Shown piece after piece: positions 40,458 to 50,394 of a stretch of DNA of 64,000 nucleotides. Origin of the DNA: an uncultured Clostridia bacterium. Lineage in GTDB: Bacteria; Bacillota; Clostridia; TANB77; CAG-508. The position numbers and the translations under genes are program-made. Where the stretch lies: the NCBI GenBank assembly GCA_947426305.1, contig CANEDP010000005.1:26404-90403 (forward strand), read 5' to 3'. The stretch's first letter is position 1, and the number at the start of each line of letters is the position of its first letter. The notes below the pieces were generated by a model that saw only the letters and a program-made list of their open reading frames with translations, was not told the DNA's origin and searched no databases.

Positions 40458-41462
40458 ATGAAAAAAGGTTATTGTGAAAACTGTGATAAGATGGTTCACT
40501 ATTTTGTAGAAGAGAGAGAAGAAAATATTGAAATACATGAAAAAATGTACCAATACAAAAGAATAATTGCCTATTGTGAGGATTGCAATGAAGAAGTTAC
40601 GGTAAATGAAATCGAAGATGAAAATTTAAAGAGAATGGATGATGTATACAGAACTTCTGAAAATATTATAAAAATAGATGAAATAAATGAAATTCTGAAC
40701 AAATATAAAATTGGGAAAAAACCTTTATCGAAACTTTTGGGATGGGGAGAAGTTACCATTATTCGTTACATGAATGGGGATATTCCAACTAAAATTTATT
40801 CGGATAAATTGTATCAGATATTAAATAATGTTAATGATATGGAAGAAATTTTGGAAAGTAATAAAAATAATATAACGCAGAGAACTTATCATTCTGTGAA
40901 AAATGCTATTTATCAGTTGAAAAATGATACGAGCATTCCTTTAAAAGATATTGATTTAATTGCTGAATATATCATAAAAACTTGCCAAGAAATTACACCA
41001 CTTGCTTTGCAAAAGATTCTATACTATGCACAAGGATTCTATACTACTTTCTTTGGTGAAAATTTATTTAAAGATGATTGTGAAGCATGGGTGCATGGAC
41101 CTGTTTATACAAATATCTATAACAAATATAAAAATTTTGGTTCATCGAATATTGACATTGAAGTGCTAGATGATGTTGATGAAATCATAGATGAAGAAAA
41201 AAGAGAACTAATTGATGTTGTGATAAAATGTTTCGGATACTATAATGGAAAGGCATTGGAAAAAATGACACATTATGAAACTCCTTGGATAAAGTCTAGA
41301 AAAGGCTTGCGTATTGATGAAAAATCGAATCATATTATTTTAAAAGAGGATATAGAAGAGTATTTTACAAAAGTGAAAGAAAAATATAATATGCTAAATT
41401 TGTTGGAAATCAAGAAATATAGTGAAGAACTATTTAATAATGTAATTGGAATATATTATTAA
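40458..41462 (+). CDS. antitoxin-like fusion: MqsA-type zinc ribbon plus HTH at the N-terminus, and a C-terminal Panacea (DUF4065/SocA-like, COG3600) domain
   Basis: Has CxxC ... CxxC (CENCDK ... CEDCNEE) and an HTH (LSKLLGWGEVTIIRYMNGD). The Panacea signature is LALQKILYYAQGFYTTFFGENLFKDDCEAWVHGPVYTNIYNKYKNFG ... THYETPW. Confidence 0.7.
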   Translation: MKKGYCENCDKMVHYFVEEREENIEIHEKMYQYKRIIAYCEDCNEEVTVNEIEDENLKRMDDVYRTSENIIKIDEINEILNKYKIGKKPLSKLLGWGEVTIIRYMNGDIPTKIYSDKLYQILNNVNDMEEILESNKNNITQRTYHSVKNAIYQLKNDTSIPLKDIDLIAEYIIKTCQEITPLALQKILYYAQGFYTTFFGENLFKDDCEAWVHGPVYTNIYNKYKNFGSSNIDIEVLDDVDEIIDEEKRELIDVVIKCFGYYNGKALEKMTHYETPWIKSRKGLRIDEKSNHIILKEDIEEYFTKVKEKYNMLNLLEIKKYSEELFNNVIGIYY

Positions 41463-41465
41463 TAA

Positions 41466-41497
41466 AAAAGTCCCATAGGGTTATACTACGGGACTTT
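41466..41497. terminator. bidirectional terminator (gtcccatagggttatactacgggac)
   Basis: Inverted repeat between convergent genes, flanked by A-runs and T-runs. Confidence 0.55.
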
Positions 41498-41500
41498 CTT

Positions 41501-42455
41501 TTATTCTTGATTTGTGATTCTTTCCAAATCCAATAATTCTTGCCATCTAGCATCTACTTCTTCTTGGAATTCCTTTATCATCCACTCATTACCTGGATTA
41601 AACAGATGTTTAAATCTTTTTTGAGGTCTCAAAAATTCTTCAATAGGAAGTTTGTTAGCAGGTTTATAAGAAATTTTATAAACACCATCAACAACTTCAT
41701 ACATAGGCCAATAGCAAGTCTCGACTGCCAATTTATTAATTCCGCATCAAATCTTCTGTATTATATCCCCAACCACGAGGGCAAGGAGCCATGACATTTA
41801 AGAAACAAGCGCCTTTTGTATAAATTGCTTTTTCTGCTTTTTCGTATAAATCCTTGAAATTATTTAATGCTAAAGTTTGTGCCACATATGGCAAATGATG
41901 ACCTACCATAATTTTGGTCAAATCTTTTCTTGACTGCATTTTTCCAGGAACAACTTTTCCAGCTGGGGTTGTGGTTGTGTCTGCAAATTTTGGTGTTGCA
42001 GAAGAACGCTGAATTCCTGTGTTCATGTAAGCTCCGTTATCATAGCAAACATAAACCATATCGTGTCCACGTTCCATGGCACCTGATAAACTTTGAAGTC
42101 CAATGTCATATGTTCCGCCGTCTCCACCAAAAGCGATAAATTTGGTATCTTTGTCTTCAGGTAACTTTCCAGTAGCTTTCATAGATTTGTAAGCAGCTTC
42201 TACACCAGATAAAGTTGCGGCAGCATTTTCAAACGCTGTGTGAATAAAGGAATCAGTCCAAGCGGTGTAAGGATATAGGAAAGTAGAAACTTCCATACAG
42301 CCAGTTGCATTGGATACAACAACGTGATCCTCTGGTTTGACTGCTCTAAGAATCATTCTTGCAACAGCAGGCGCTCCACAACCAGCACACATTCTGTGCC
42401 CAGAAGTTAATCTGGATTTGGTATCAACCATAATTTGTTTGTGATTATAAGCCAT
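41501..42455 (-). CDS. porB: pyruvate/2-oxoacid:ferredoxin oxidoreductase beta subunit (TPP-binding); interrupted by a +1 frame change at CGG (plus-strand CCG 41742-41744)
   Basis: Contains the TPP motifs GCGAPAVARM and GGDGGTYDIG. The C-terminus rejoins as EDLM-GINKLAVETCYWPMYEV. Confidence 0.8.
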
Positions 42456-43638
42456 TTTTTAAACACCCCCTAACACCTAAATAGCGGTATGGATTACCGA
42501 TTTCTCCTGTTTTTACGATTTCCATTAAATCTTGGTAAACACTTTCGATTTCATTTGAAGTCGTATCTCGCCCACCAATTCCATAAACATAATTAATGGT
42601 TGGGACTTGCACTTTGTTTACAAACATACCAGATGTTACATCTTCAAATAATGCACCACCTGCTGCATTTAGAGAATCTGCTTTATCCAAAACAGCGATT
42701 GCTTTTGCCTTGCTTAAAGCTTTTGCAATTTCTTCAGCAGGGAATGGACGGAAAACTCTCACTTTCAAAACACCTGCTTTGATGCCTTGTTCACGCAACC
42801 TATCAGCCGTATATTTCGCTGTTCCAGCTGTGGAGTTCATACAAACCACAACCACTTCAGCGTCTTCCATTTTGTATTCTTCAAAGAAACCATATTTTCT
42901 ACCAGTCATTTTTTCAAAATCTTTTGCAACATCCAAAATGACTTCTTTGGCATTTCGCATAGCAATGGCTTGCTGAGTTTTGTGTTCAAACAAATAACCT
43001 TGCAAATCCAATGGACCAATTGCAATTGGTTCTTTGGCATTTAATAAATAATGTTCAGGTTGGTATTTTCCTACAAATTCTTTGACTTTTTCATCTTCAA
43101 TTAATTCGATATTTTCAATTGAGTGAGATGTAATAAATCCATCTTGGCAAATCATCAATGGAAGCAATACATCTTTATGTTCTGCAATTCTGTGAGCCAT
43201 GATTAAATTGTCATAGGCTTCTTGATTATTTTCGGAAAATGTCATAATCCATCCAGCGTCTCTTACTCCCATGGCATCAGAATGGTCATTGTGGATATTT
43301 AATGGTCCAGATACGGCTCTGTTTACTAAAGACATAACAATTGGCAAACGCAAACTAGATGCAATATAAATCATTTCCCACATCAAAGATAGACCATTTG
43401 CAGAAGTAGCCGTCATAGCTCTTCCACCAGCAGCTTGAGCACCGATGCAGGCACTCATAGCACTATGTTCACTTTCAACAGCCACAAATTCGGTATCAAC
43501 GGTTCCGTTACTCACGAAGGTTGAGAAATATTGTGGGATTTCTGTTGAAGGTGTGATAGGAAAGGCAGCAACTACATCTGGATTGATTTGTTTCATCGCG
43601 ATAGCAGCTGCTTCATTTCCACTTAAACGTTCTCTCAT
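42445..43638 (-). CDS. porA: pyruvate:ferredoxin oxidoreductase alpha subunit
   Basis: 397-aa PFOR domain I/VI homologue. Overlaps the porB start. Confidence 0.85.
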   Translation of the reverse strand: MRERLSGNEAAAIAMKQINPDVVAAFPITPSTEIPQYFSTFVSNGTVDTEFVAVESEHSAMSACIGAQAAGGRAMTATSANGLSLMWEMIYIASSLRLPIVMSLVNRAVSGPLNIHNDHSDAMGVRDAGWIMTFSENNQEAYDNLIMAHRIAEHKDVLLPLMICQDGFITSHSIENIELIEDEKVKEFVGKYQPEHYLLNAKEPIAIGPLDLQGYLFEHKTQQAIAMRNAKEVILDVAKDFEKMTGRKYGFFEEYKMEDAEVVVVCMNSTAGTAKYTADRLREQGIKAGVLKVRVFRPFPAEEIAKALSKAKAIAVLDKADSLNAAGGALFEDVTSGMFVNKVQVPTINYVYGIGGRDTTSNEIESVYQDLMEIVKTGEIGNPYRYLGVRGCLKNGL

Positions 43639-43659
43639 ATTTTTTCTCCTTTCAAATTT

Positions 43660-43944
43660 TTATTCCATTTCAATTGCTCCAAAAGGGCAAACTTTGGCGC
43701 AAACACCACAGCCTTTACAAGCATCGTAATCAAAATCTTCTCTTTTGCATTCTTTATTAACTGGAATGGCGTCATCTGGGCAAACAGGGAAGCAAAGTCC
43801 GCATTGTTTGCATTTTTCAGAAAGATAAATTGGCTTGGTTGAACGCCAGTCGCCAGTTTTGAATTCTTTGGCATTTCCAGCAGTATAAATATTTCCACCA
43901 ATAGTTAATTCATCAATTGGCGTGTTGGTATTAATTTCAGACAT
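43660..43944 (-). CDS. porD: pyruvate:ferredoxin oxidoreductase delta subunit (2x[4Fe-4S] ferredoxin)
   Basis: Contains CKQCGLCFPVCP ... CKGCGVCAKVCP. Confidence 0.85.
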   Translation of the reverse strand: MSEINTNTPIDELTIGGNIYTAGNAKEFKTGDWRSTKPIYLSEKCKQCGLCFPVCPDDAIPVNKECKREDFDYDACKGCGVCAKVCPFGAIEME

Positions 43945-43959
43945 AAAAATCTCCTTTCT

Positions 43960-44184
43960 TTATTTACTAAAACCTTCTAAAATCGATTTTGAATTATTCC
44001 AATTTTCTTTTACGGCTTCCACAAAATCAGGCCATTGTCGTATGACAAAATAGACAATAAATCCAATAAAAATAATCGCACATAAAATAAGAATGGAATA
44101 GATGATTTTATTTAGTTTATTTAAATCTTCGTTATCTGATTTAAAATTAACTTTTGATAATAAATGTTTGAAAAACTCAATCAT
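43960..44184 (-). CDS. small single-TM protein (74 aa) embedded between porG and porD
   Basis: The ORF exactly fills the porG-porD gap and has one hydrophobic helix (IIYSILILCAIIFIGFIVYFVI). The RBS is weak. Confidence 0.4.
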   Translation of the reverse strand: MIEFFKHLLSKVNFKSDNEDLNKLNKIIYSILILCAIIFIGFIVYFVIRQWPDFVEAVKENWNNSKSILEGFSK

Positions 44185-44189
44185 ACTCT

Positions 44190-44768
44190 TTAAACCTTTT
44201 CTACAGATTTCAAAGCCATTTCAAGGGCTTTCATATTGCCTTCAATTACCTCTGGTTTTTTAGCAAATTTATGTTTGAAAGAGCCTACCATATCGTCCAA
44301 AAATTCTTGTTCAGACATAATTTCGCTGACCTTTACAACGGCTGCAAGCATGGGTGTATTTGGAAAATATTTGCCTAAAGTTTCCATGGAAACTTTTCGA
44401 GCATCAATTTTATAAATATTGCCAGAATAATTGCTAAGAACTTGTTTTAAATAGTTGTTGTCTTTTGTTGTATTAATAATGATGGCTCCAGAATCTTTTA
44501 AGCCAGCGGTTACGTCGACAGACTCTAAAAGTGTGTCATCAACCACTACGACATAGTCAGGTTCGTAAATATTGGAATGAATCGTAATCGGATTGCTACT
44601 GATTCGGTTGTAGGCTGTAATAGGGGCACCCATTCTTTCAGGACCATATTCTGGAAAACCTTGGATATATTTACCAGTATTAAATGCTGCGTCTGCAAGA
44701 AGCAAAGAAGCCGTTTTCGCGCCTTGACCGCCACGTCCATGCCATCTAATTTCAATTAAATCGTGCAT
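44190..44768 (-). CDS. porG: pyruvate:ferredoxin oxidoreductase gamma subunit
   Basis: Starts IEIRWHGRGGQGAKTASLLLA. 192 aa. Confidence 0.85.
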   Translation of the reverse strand: MHDLIEIRWHGRGGQGAKTASLLLADAAFNTGKYIQGFPEYGPERMGAPITAYNRISSNPITIHSNIYEPDYVVVVDDTLLESVDVTAGLKDSGAIIINTTKDNNYLKQVLSNYSGNIYKIDARKVSMETLGKYFPNTPMLAAVVKVSEIMSEQEFLDDMVGSFKHKFAKKPEVIEGNMKALEMALKSVEKV

Positions 44769-44988
44769 GATAAATCCTCCTTTTTTGTTTGAAATGATGA
44801 ATCATTTCTTTTTTATAAGTATATATTTTTTAAAAAGGAAAGTCAACTAGATTTTAATTTTTGTGGGAAGTTTTTTAAAAAATAGGGAAATATTTCATTT
44901 TATGAAAAAATACTTGACAAAGTTATGTAAATATGGTATAATATAATTAAGGAACATATTAACAATTTCAAGCATTCACGATAAGTGG

Positions 44989-45393
44989 ATGAAGGCAAAA
45001 CAGAAGGGAAAAATTATGACATTAGTCGAGAGTATGCAAGAAGTACGGGATGACTGGATGAAATCTACGGTGGATTATGCGATGAAACAAGTGACGATTT
45101 GCTTTTTGGAGACACAAGAGAATAATAGGACAGGCAGGAGTTTTGAAATTGTTCTTCGACAGAGTGCAAATGGGGAAGTATTCTTGGGAAATGAAAAAGT
45201 TCATCTATTTCAATTACCTAAAGAACAGGATGTAAAAGAAGAAATATTGCAGAAGTTTAGAGAGCAACTTGAGCAGGAGGGCATAAGCGTCAATATAGAC
45301 GAAACAATCGAAATAACAGCAGATTCTCCAGCACTTAGCGAGACCACAGTGGAGATAGGCAGCGTAAGCGTTAAGGTGTCCGAATCCAAATAA
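44989..45393 (+). CDS. hypothetical protein (134 aa; alternative start at 45016)
   Basis: ORF upstream of the str operon with no recognised domain. Contains an in-frame GTA-CGG pair (CGG at 45046-45048). Confidence 0.5.
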   Translation: MKAKQKGKIMTLVESMQEVRDDWMKSTVDYAMKQVTICFLETQENNRTGRSFEIVLRQSANGEVFLGNEKVHLFQLPKEQDVKEEILQKFREQLEQEGISVNIDETIEITADSPALSETTVEIGSVSVKVSESK

Positions 45394-45412
45394 GAAATGT
45401 CATGAAAAAGAA

Positions 45413-45450
45413 AACCGGAATGAGGAAATTTTATCATTCCGGTTTTTTCT
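45413..45450 (+). terminator. rho-independent terminator (aaccggaatga ... tcattccggtt + TTTTTTC)
   Basis: An 11-bp perfect stem. Confidence 0.7.
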
Positions 45451-45479
45451 TGATTTTTGCAAAAAATTCCAAAAAATCA

Positions 45480-45594
45480 TTGACTTATTTTCAAAATGAT
45501 GATAAAATACTATACGCTTAGGTCTGAAAAATTAAGTATCCGTAAGATTTAAGCGTATTTTGTAATCAAAAAGAAAAGAGGTGAAATAAAAAGA
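45480..45594 (+). promoter_or_regulatory. str-operon promoter (TTGACT-17-TAAAAT) and structured rpsL leader
   Basis: -35 at 45480-45485 and -10 at 45503-45508. The leader has a 9-bp inverted repeat (atacgctta at 45512-45520 and taagcgtat at 45550-45558). Confidence 0.55.
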
Positions 45595-46011
45595 ATGCCA
45601 ACAATTAACCAATTAGTAAGAAAAAGTAGAAAGTCATCAACTACAAAATCTACGGCTCCTGCACTACAAAAAGGTTATAACTCTAGAAAAAAAGTTCAAA
45701 CAGATAACAGAGCACCACAAAAAAGGGGAGTTTGTACTGTTGTAAAAACAGTAACACCAAAGAAACCAAACTCTGCTTTGAGAAAAGTTGCTAGGGTTAA
45801 ACTTTCTAATGGATATGAAGTAACATCTTATATCCCAGGAGAAGGACACAATTTGCAAGAACACAGTGTTGTATTGATCAGAGGTGGAAGGGTAAAAGAT
45901 TTACCAGGTGTTAGATACCACATCATCAGAGGAACATTAGATACAGCAGGTGTAAAAGACAGAATGCAAGCCCGTTCAAAATACGGCGCTAAAAAACCTA
46001 AAAAAGCATAA
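45595..46011 (+). CDS. rpsL: 30S ribosomal protein S12
   Basis: Starts [13 protein letters not shown] and contains [14 protein letters not shown]. Confidence 0.97.
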   Translation: MPTINQLVRKSRKSSTTKSTAPALQKGYNSRKKVQTDNRAPQKRGVCTVVKTVTPKKPNSALRKVARVKLSNGYEVTSYIPGEGHNLQEHSVVLIRGGRVKDLPGVRYHIIRGTLDTAGVKDRMQARSKYGAKKPKKA

Positions 46012-46166
46012 TGTCGCAAGGAAATAGTGCAAGAATAAAATTGTAGTTGATTTAAATATAGATTTTATAAATTGTACTATTACGGGAAAGTGAAAAAGTC
46101 TTTCCAGAGTACCTTTTAGTGTTATAAAGGTTTAAACACTAAATATTTTTAAGGAGGGAAAATATA

Positions 46167-46637
46167 GTGCCAAGAAAAGGATATATCGCAAAAAGAGAAG
46201 TTTTACCAGATCCATTGTATAATAGCAAAGTTGTAACAAAACTAATCAACAATATTATGCTAGATGGTAAAAAAACAGTTGCTCAAGGTATTGTCTATGA
46301 TGCTTTCAATATCGTAAAAGAGAAAGAAAGCAAAGAGCCATTAGAGGTATTTGAAGCAGCTTTGGAAAACATCATGCCAGTTTTAGAAGTAAAAGCAAGA
46401 CGTGTAGGTGGAGCAACTTATCAAGTTCCATTAGAAATTCGTCCAGAAAGAAGACAAACTTTAGGTCTAAGATGGTTAGTAACTTATGCTAGAAAAAGAC
46501 ATGAGAAAACAATGTCTGAAAAACTAGCTGGTGAAATTTTAGATGCAATTGCTGGAAATGGTGGAGCATTCAAGAAGAAAGAAGATACACACAAAATGGC
46601 AGAGGCTAACAAAGCATTTGCACATTACAAATTCTAA
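46167..46637 (+). CDS. rpsG: 30S ribosomal protein S7
   Basis: Starts [16 protein letters not shown]. Confidence 0.97.
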   Translation: MPRKGYIAKREVLPDPLYNSKVVTKLINNIMLDGKKTVAQGIVYDAFNIVKEKESKEPLEVFEAALENIMPVLEVKARRVGGATYQVPLEIRPERRQTLGLRWLVTYARKRHEKTMSEKLAGEILDAIAGNGGAFKKKEDTHKMAEANKAFAHYKF

Positions 46638-46711
46638 ACTATACCAATAAAGGTATGGGCAGGGGTCCACTCCTGCTAGCAACAGAAAATAGATAAGAAA
46701 GGAAAAAAACA

Positions 46712-48796
46712 ATGTCTGATAGAGCTTATTCTTTAGAAAAAACAAGAAATATAGGAATTATGGCGCATATCGATGCTGGAAAAACCACGACAACCGAGAG
46801 AATTCTATTTTACACAGGTATTAACCACAAAATAGGAGAAACTCACGAAGGTGGAGCAACGATGGACTGGATGGCTCAAGAGCAAGAAAGAGGTATTACC
46901 ATTACTTCTGCTGCTACAACTTGTTTCTGGAACGATACAAGAATCAATATCATTGATACACCAGGACACGTTGATTTTACCGTTGAAGTACAAAGATCAC
47001 TTCGTGTACTTGATGGTTCTGTTACAGTATTGTGCGCAAAAGGTGGTGTTGAACCACAATCAGAAACAGTTTGGAGACAGGCTGATAAATACAATGTACC
47101 ACGTATGGTGTATGTCAACAAAATGGACATCACAGGTGCTGATTTTTACAATTGTGTAGAACAATTGAAAACAAGATTAGGTGCTAATGCTGTTCCAGTA
47201 CAATTACCAATTGGAAAAGAAGATACATTCCAAGGAATTGTCGACTTAATCAAAATGAGAGCATTCATTCATAAAGATGATTTGGGAAAAGAAATCGAAG
47301 AGACGGACGTTCCTGATGATATGAAAGAATTAGCTGAAAAATATAGAGGTCAAATGATCGAAGTTGCTTGTGAGCAAGATGATGAATTGATGATGAAATA
47401 TTTAGAAGGAGAAGAACCAACAGAGGCAGAAATCAAAGCGGCTTTAAGAAAAGGAACCATCAATAATGCAATTATTACCGTTTCTTGTGGTTCATCTTAC
47501 AAGAACAAAGGTGTTCAAGAATTATTGAACAATATTGTTGAATATATGCCATCACCACTTGACATTGCTCACATTAAAGGAACTACTTTAGAAGGAGAAG
47601 AAGTTGAGAGAAAAACATCCGATACAGAACCTTTCGCTGCTCTTGCCTTCAAAATTGCTACAGATCCATTTGTTGGAAAATTGTGTTTCTTCAGAGTTTA
47701 CTCAGGAACATTAGAATCAGGTTCAACTGTGTTAAATACAAGAACTGGTAAAAAAGAAAGAATTGGTAGAATTCTTCAAATGCATGCAAATGATAGAAAA
47801 GATATTGCCGAAGTTTTTGCAGGTGATATTGCTGCTGCTGTTGGTATTAAAGAAGTTACAACAGGAGATACTTTGTGTGATATGAACAATCCTGTTATTC
47901 TAGAATCCATGGAATTCCCAGAACCAGTTATTGATATCGCAATTGAGCCAAAAGACAAAGCTGCTCAAGAGAAAATGGGTATTGCTTTGGCAAAATTGGC
48001 AGAAGAAGATCCAACATTCAAAACTTACACCAACCAAGAAACAGGTCAAACAGTTATTGCTGGTATGGGTGAGTTACACTTGGATATTATTGTTGATAGA
48101 TTGAAAAGAGAATTCAAAGTAGAATGTAATGTTGGTAAGCCACAAGTAGCTTACAAAGAAACAATTAGAAAACCAGTTCGTGTGGAAGGAAAATTCATTC
48201 GTCAATCTGGTGGACGTGGACAATATGGTCATGTTTGGATTGAAATGGAGCCATTAGAGCCAGGTTCAGGTATTCAATTTGAGAGCAAAATCGTAGGTGG
48301 TGTTGTTCCAAAAGAATATGTTAAACCAGTTGAAGAAGGAATCCGTGAAGCAGCTGAAAGTGGTACACTTGCTGGATATCCAGTTATCGACTTCAAAGCA
48401 GTTTTAGTGGACGGTTCTTACCACGATGTCGATTCATCAGAAATGGCGTTCAAAATTGCTGGTTCTATGGCGTTCAAAGAAGGATGTCGTCAAGCTAAAT
48501 CTGTTATTTTGGAGCCAATTATGAGAGTTGAAATTACTGTTCCAGAAGAATACATGGGAGATGTTATTGGGGACGTTAACTCAAGACGTGGAAAAATGGA
48601 AGGTATGGAAGCAAGAAATGGTTCTCAAATCATTCGTGCGTTTATTCCATTATCAGAAATGTTTGGTTATGCAACAGACTTACGTTCCAAAACACAAGGA
48701 CGTGGAAATTATGCAATGGAACCATCTCATTATGAAGAAGTTCCAAAATCAGTATTTGATAATATAGTTGCATCACGCGTTAAAAAGGAAGGATAA
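46712..48796 (+). CDS. fusA: elongation factor G
   Basis: Contains [20 protein letters not shown] and is 694 aa. Confidence 0.97.
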   Translation: MSDRAYSLEKTRNIGIMAHIDAGKTTTTERILFYTGINHKIGETHEGGATMDWMAQEQERGITITSAATTCFWNDTRINIIDTPGHVDFTVEVQRSLRVLDGSVTVLCAKGGVEPQSETVWRQADKYNVPRMVYVNKMDITGADFYNCVEQLKTRLGANAVPVQLPIGKEDTFQGIVDLIKMRAFIHKDDLGKEIEETDVPDDMKELAEKYRGQMIEVACEQDDELMMKYLEGEEPTEAEIKAALRKGTINNAIITVSCGSSYKNKGVQELLNNIVEYMPSPLDIAHIKGTTLEGEEVERKTSDTEPFAALAFKIATDPFVGKLCFFRVYSGTLESGSTVLNTRTGKKERIGRILQMHANDRKDIAEVFAGDIAAAVGIKEVTTGDTLCDMNNPVILESMEFPEPVIDIAIEPKDKAAQEKMGIALAKLAEEDPTFKTYTNQETGQTVIAGMGELHLDIIVDRLKREFKVECNVGKPQVAYKETIRKPVRVEGKFIRQSGGRGQYGHVWIEMEPLEPGSGIQFESKIVGGVVPKEYVKPVEEGIREAAESGTLAGYPVIDFKAVLVDGSYHDVDSSEMAFKIAGSMAFKEGCRQAKSVILEPIMRVEITVPEEYMGDVIGDVNSRRGKMEGMEARNGSQIIRAFIPLSEMFGYATDLRSKTQGRGNYAMEPSHYEEVPKSVFDNIVASRVKKEG

Positions 48797-48830
48797 ATTT
48801 AAAATTTTATAAAAAATTTCGAATTTACAC

Positions 48831-48859
48831 TTGCATTTTATGGAAATATAGTATAGAAT
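48831..48859 (+). promoter_or_regulatory. internal promoter for tuf (TTGCAT-17-TAGAAT)
   Basis: Read from the sequence in the fusA-tuf spacer. Confidence 0.45.
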
Positions 48860-48944
48860 GCAAATAATAGATAAGTTAATTTTAAAAAATTAAAATAAAA
48901 TTTAAAAGAAGCAAAAAATGCTTCGAGAAAGGAAGGAATCAAAA

Positions 48945-50147
48945 ATGGCAAAAGCTAAATTTGAAAGAACAAAACCACACGTTAACATTGGTACAATCGG
49001 CCACGTTGACCATGGTAAAACAACGACAACAGCAGCGATTACAAAATATTTAAACTTATTAGGAAAAGCTGAATATTCAGCATACGACAAAATTGACGGA
49101 GCTCCAGAAGAACAAGCAAGAGGTATTACAATCAACACAGCTCACGTAGAATACGAAACAGAAAACAGACACTATGCACACGTTGACTGCCCAGGACACG
49201 CTGATTATGTTAAAAACATGATTACAGGTGCTGCTCAAATGGACGGTGCTATCTTAGTTGTATCTGCAGCAGATGGTGCAATGCCTCAAACAAGAGAGCA
49301 CATCTTACTTGCAAGACAAGTAGGCGTTAAATATATCGTTGTTTACTTAAATAAATGCGATATGGTTGACGATCCAGAATTAGTTGAATTAGTTGAAATG
49401 GAATTAAGAGAATTATTATCAGAATATGATTTCCCAGGAGATGACATTCCATTCATCAAAGGTTCTTCATTAAAAGTATTAGAGAGTTCATCAACTGATC
49501 CAAATGCTCCAGAATATGCTCCAATGAAAGAATTAATGGAAGCAGTTGATAGTTATATCCCAACTCCAGAAAGACCAGTTGATCAACCATTCTTAATGCC
49601 AGTTGAAGACGTATTCACAATCACAGGTCGTGGAACAGTTGCTACTGGTAGAGTTGAAAGAGGAATTGTTAAAATGCAAGACGAAGTTGAAATCGTTGGT
49701 TTATCAAAAGAAAGAACAAAAACAGTTGTTACAGGTGTTGAAATGTTCAGAAAATTGTTAGATCAAGCAGAAGCTGGTGATAACATTGGTGTTCTTTTAA
49801 GAGGTATCGACAGAAAAGATATCGAAAGAGGTCAAGTTATTGCAAAACCAGGAACAATCAATCCTCATACAAAATTCAAATCAGAAGTATATATCTTGAA
49901 AAAAGAAGAAGGTGGAAGACATACTCCATTCTTTAATGGATATAGACCACAATTCTATTTTAGAACAACAGACGTTACAGGTGTTATTGAATTACCTGCA
50001 GGAACAGAAATGGTTATGCCAGGTGAAAACATTGCTATGACAATCGAACTTATCACACCAATCGCAATCGAAAAAGGATTAAGATTCGCTATTCGTGAAG
50101 GTGGTAGAACGGTAGGTTCTGGTGTTGTTTCGGATATTGTTGAATAA
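48945..50147 (+). CDS. tuf: elongation factor Tu
   Basis: Starts [27 protein letters not shown]. The start is at the ATG at 48945. Confidence 0.97.
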   Translation: MAKAKFERTKPHVNIGTIGHVDHGKTTTTAAITKYLNLLGKAEYSAYDKIDGAPEEQARGITINTAHVEYETENRHYAHVDCPGHADYVKNMITGAAQMDGAILVVSAADGAMPQTREHILLARQVGVKYIVVYLNKCDMVDDPELVELVEMELRELLSEYDFPGDDIPFIKGSSLKVLESSSTDPNAPEYAPMKELMEAVDSYIPTPERPVDQPFLMPVEDVFTITGRGTVATGRVERGIVKMQDEVEIVGLSKERTKTVVTGVEMFRKLLDQAEAGDNIGVLLRGIDRKDIERGQVIAKPGTINPHTKFKSEVYILKKEEGGRHTPFFNGYRPQFYFRTTDVTGVIELPAGTEMVMPGENIAMTIELITPIAIEKGLRFAIREGGRTVGSGVVSDIVE

Positions 50148-50166
50148 AATATATTTTCAATATAAC

Positions 50167-50197
50167 AAAAAACGGCTCATGTGAGTCGTTTTTTTGT
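50167..50197. terminator. bidirectional terminator after tuf (aaaaacggctcatgtgagtcgttttttt)
   Basis: Stem ggctca/tgagtc flanked by A-runs and T-runs. Confidence 0.7.
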
Positions 50198-50220
50198 TGG
50201 TCAGGTTTAGTTACTATAAT

Positions 50221-50392
50221 TAAAAACAAAGGTTAACAAGTTTCAAAAGTCTCCTCTGACCGAAGGAGATACGTGCAATATTTGCACAAAATACATATCA
50301 TATTATATCATATTTACATAAAAAAGTCAAGAGGCTGGGGACGTTATTTTTTAGGAAAGAATGAAAAATAAAAAGCACCCGAAGGTGCTAAT
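50221..50392 (-). repeat. cassette repeat copy 1: minus-strand terminator, promoter (TTGACT-17-TATAAT) and conserved ~75-nt leader, with no ORF downstream
   Basis: Read on the minus strand: -35 at 50325-50330, -10 at 50302-50307. Leader hairpins are gtgcaatatttgcac and tctcct-ctgaccga-aggaga. The terminator hairpin gcacccgaaggtgc is at 50375-50388. Confidence 0.7.
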
Positions 50393-50394
50393 GG

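Noticed and set aside
48918-48944. Upstream in-frame extension of tuf (MLRERKESK)
   Set aside because: The conserved EF-Tu N-terminus [12 protein letters not shown] starts at 48945 with a proper RBS.
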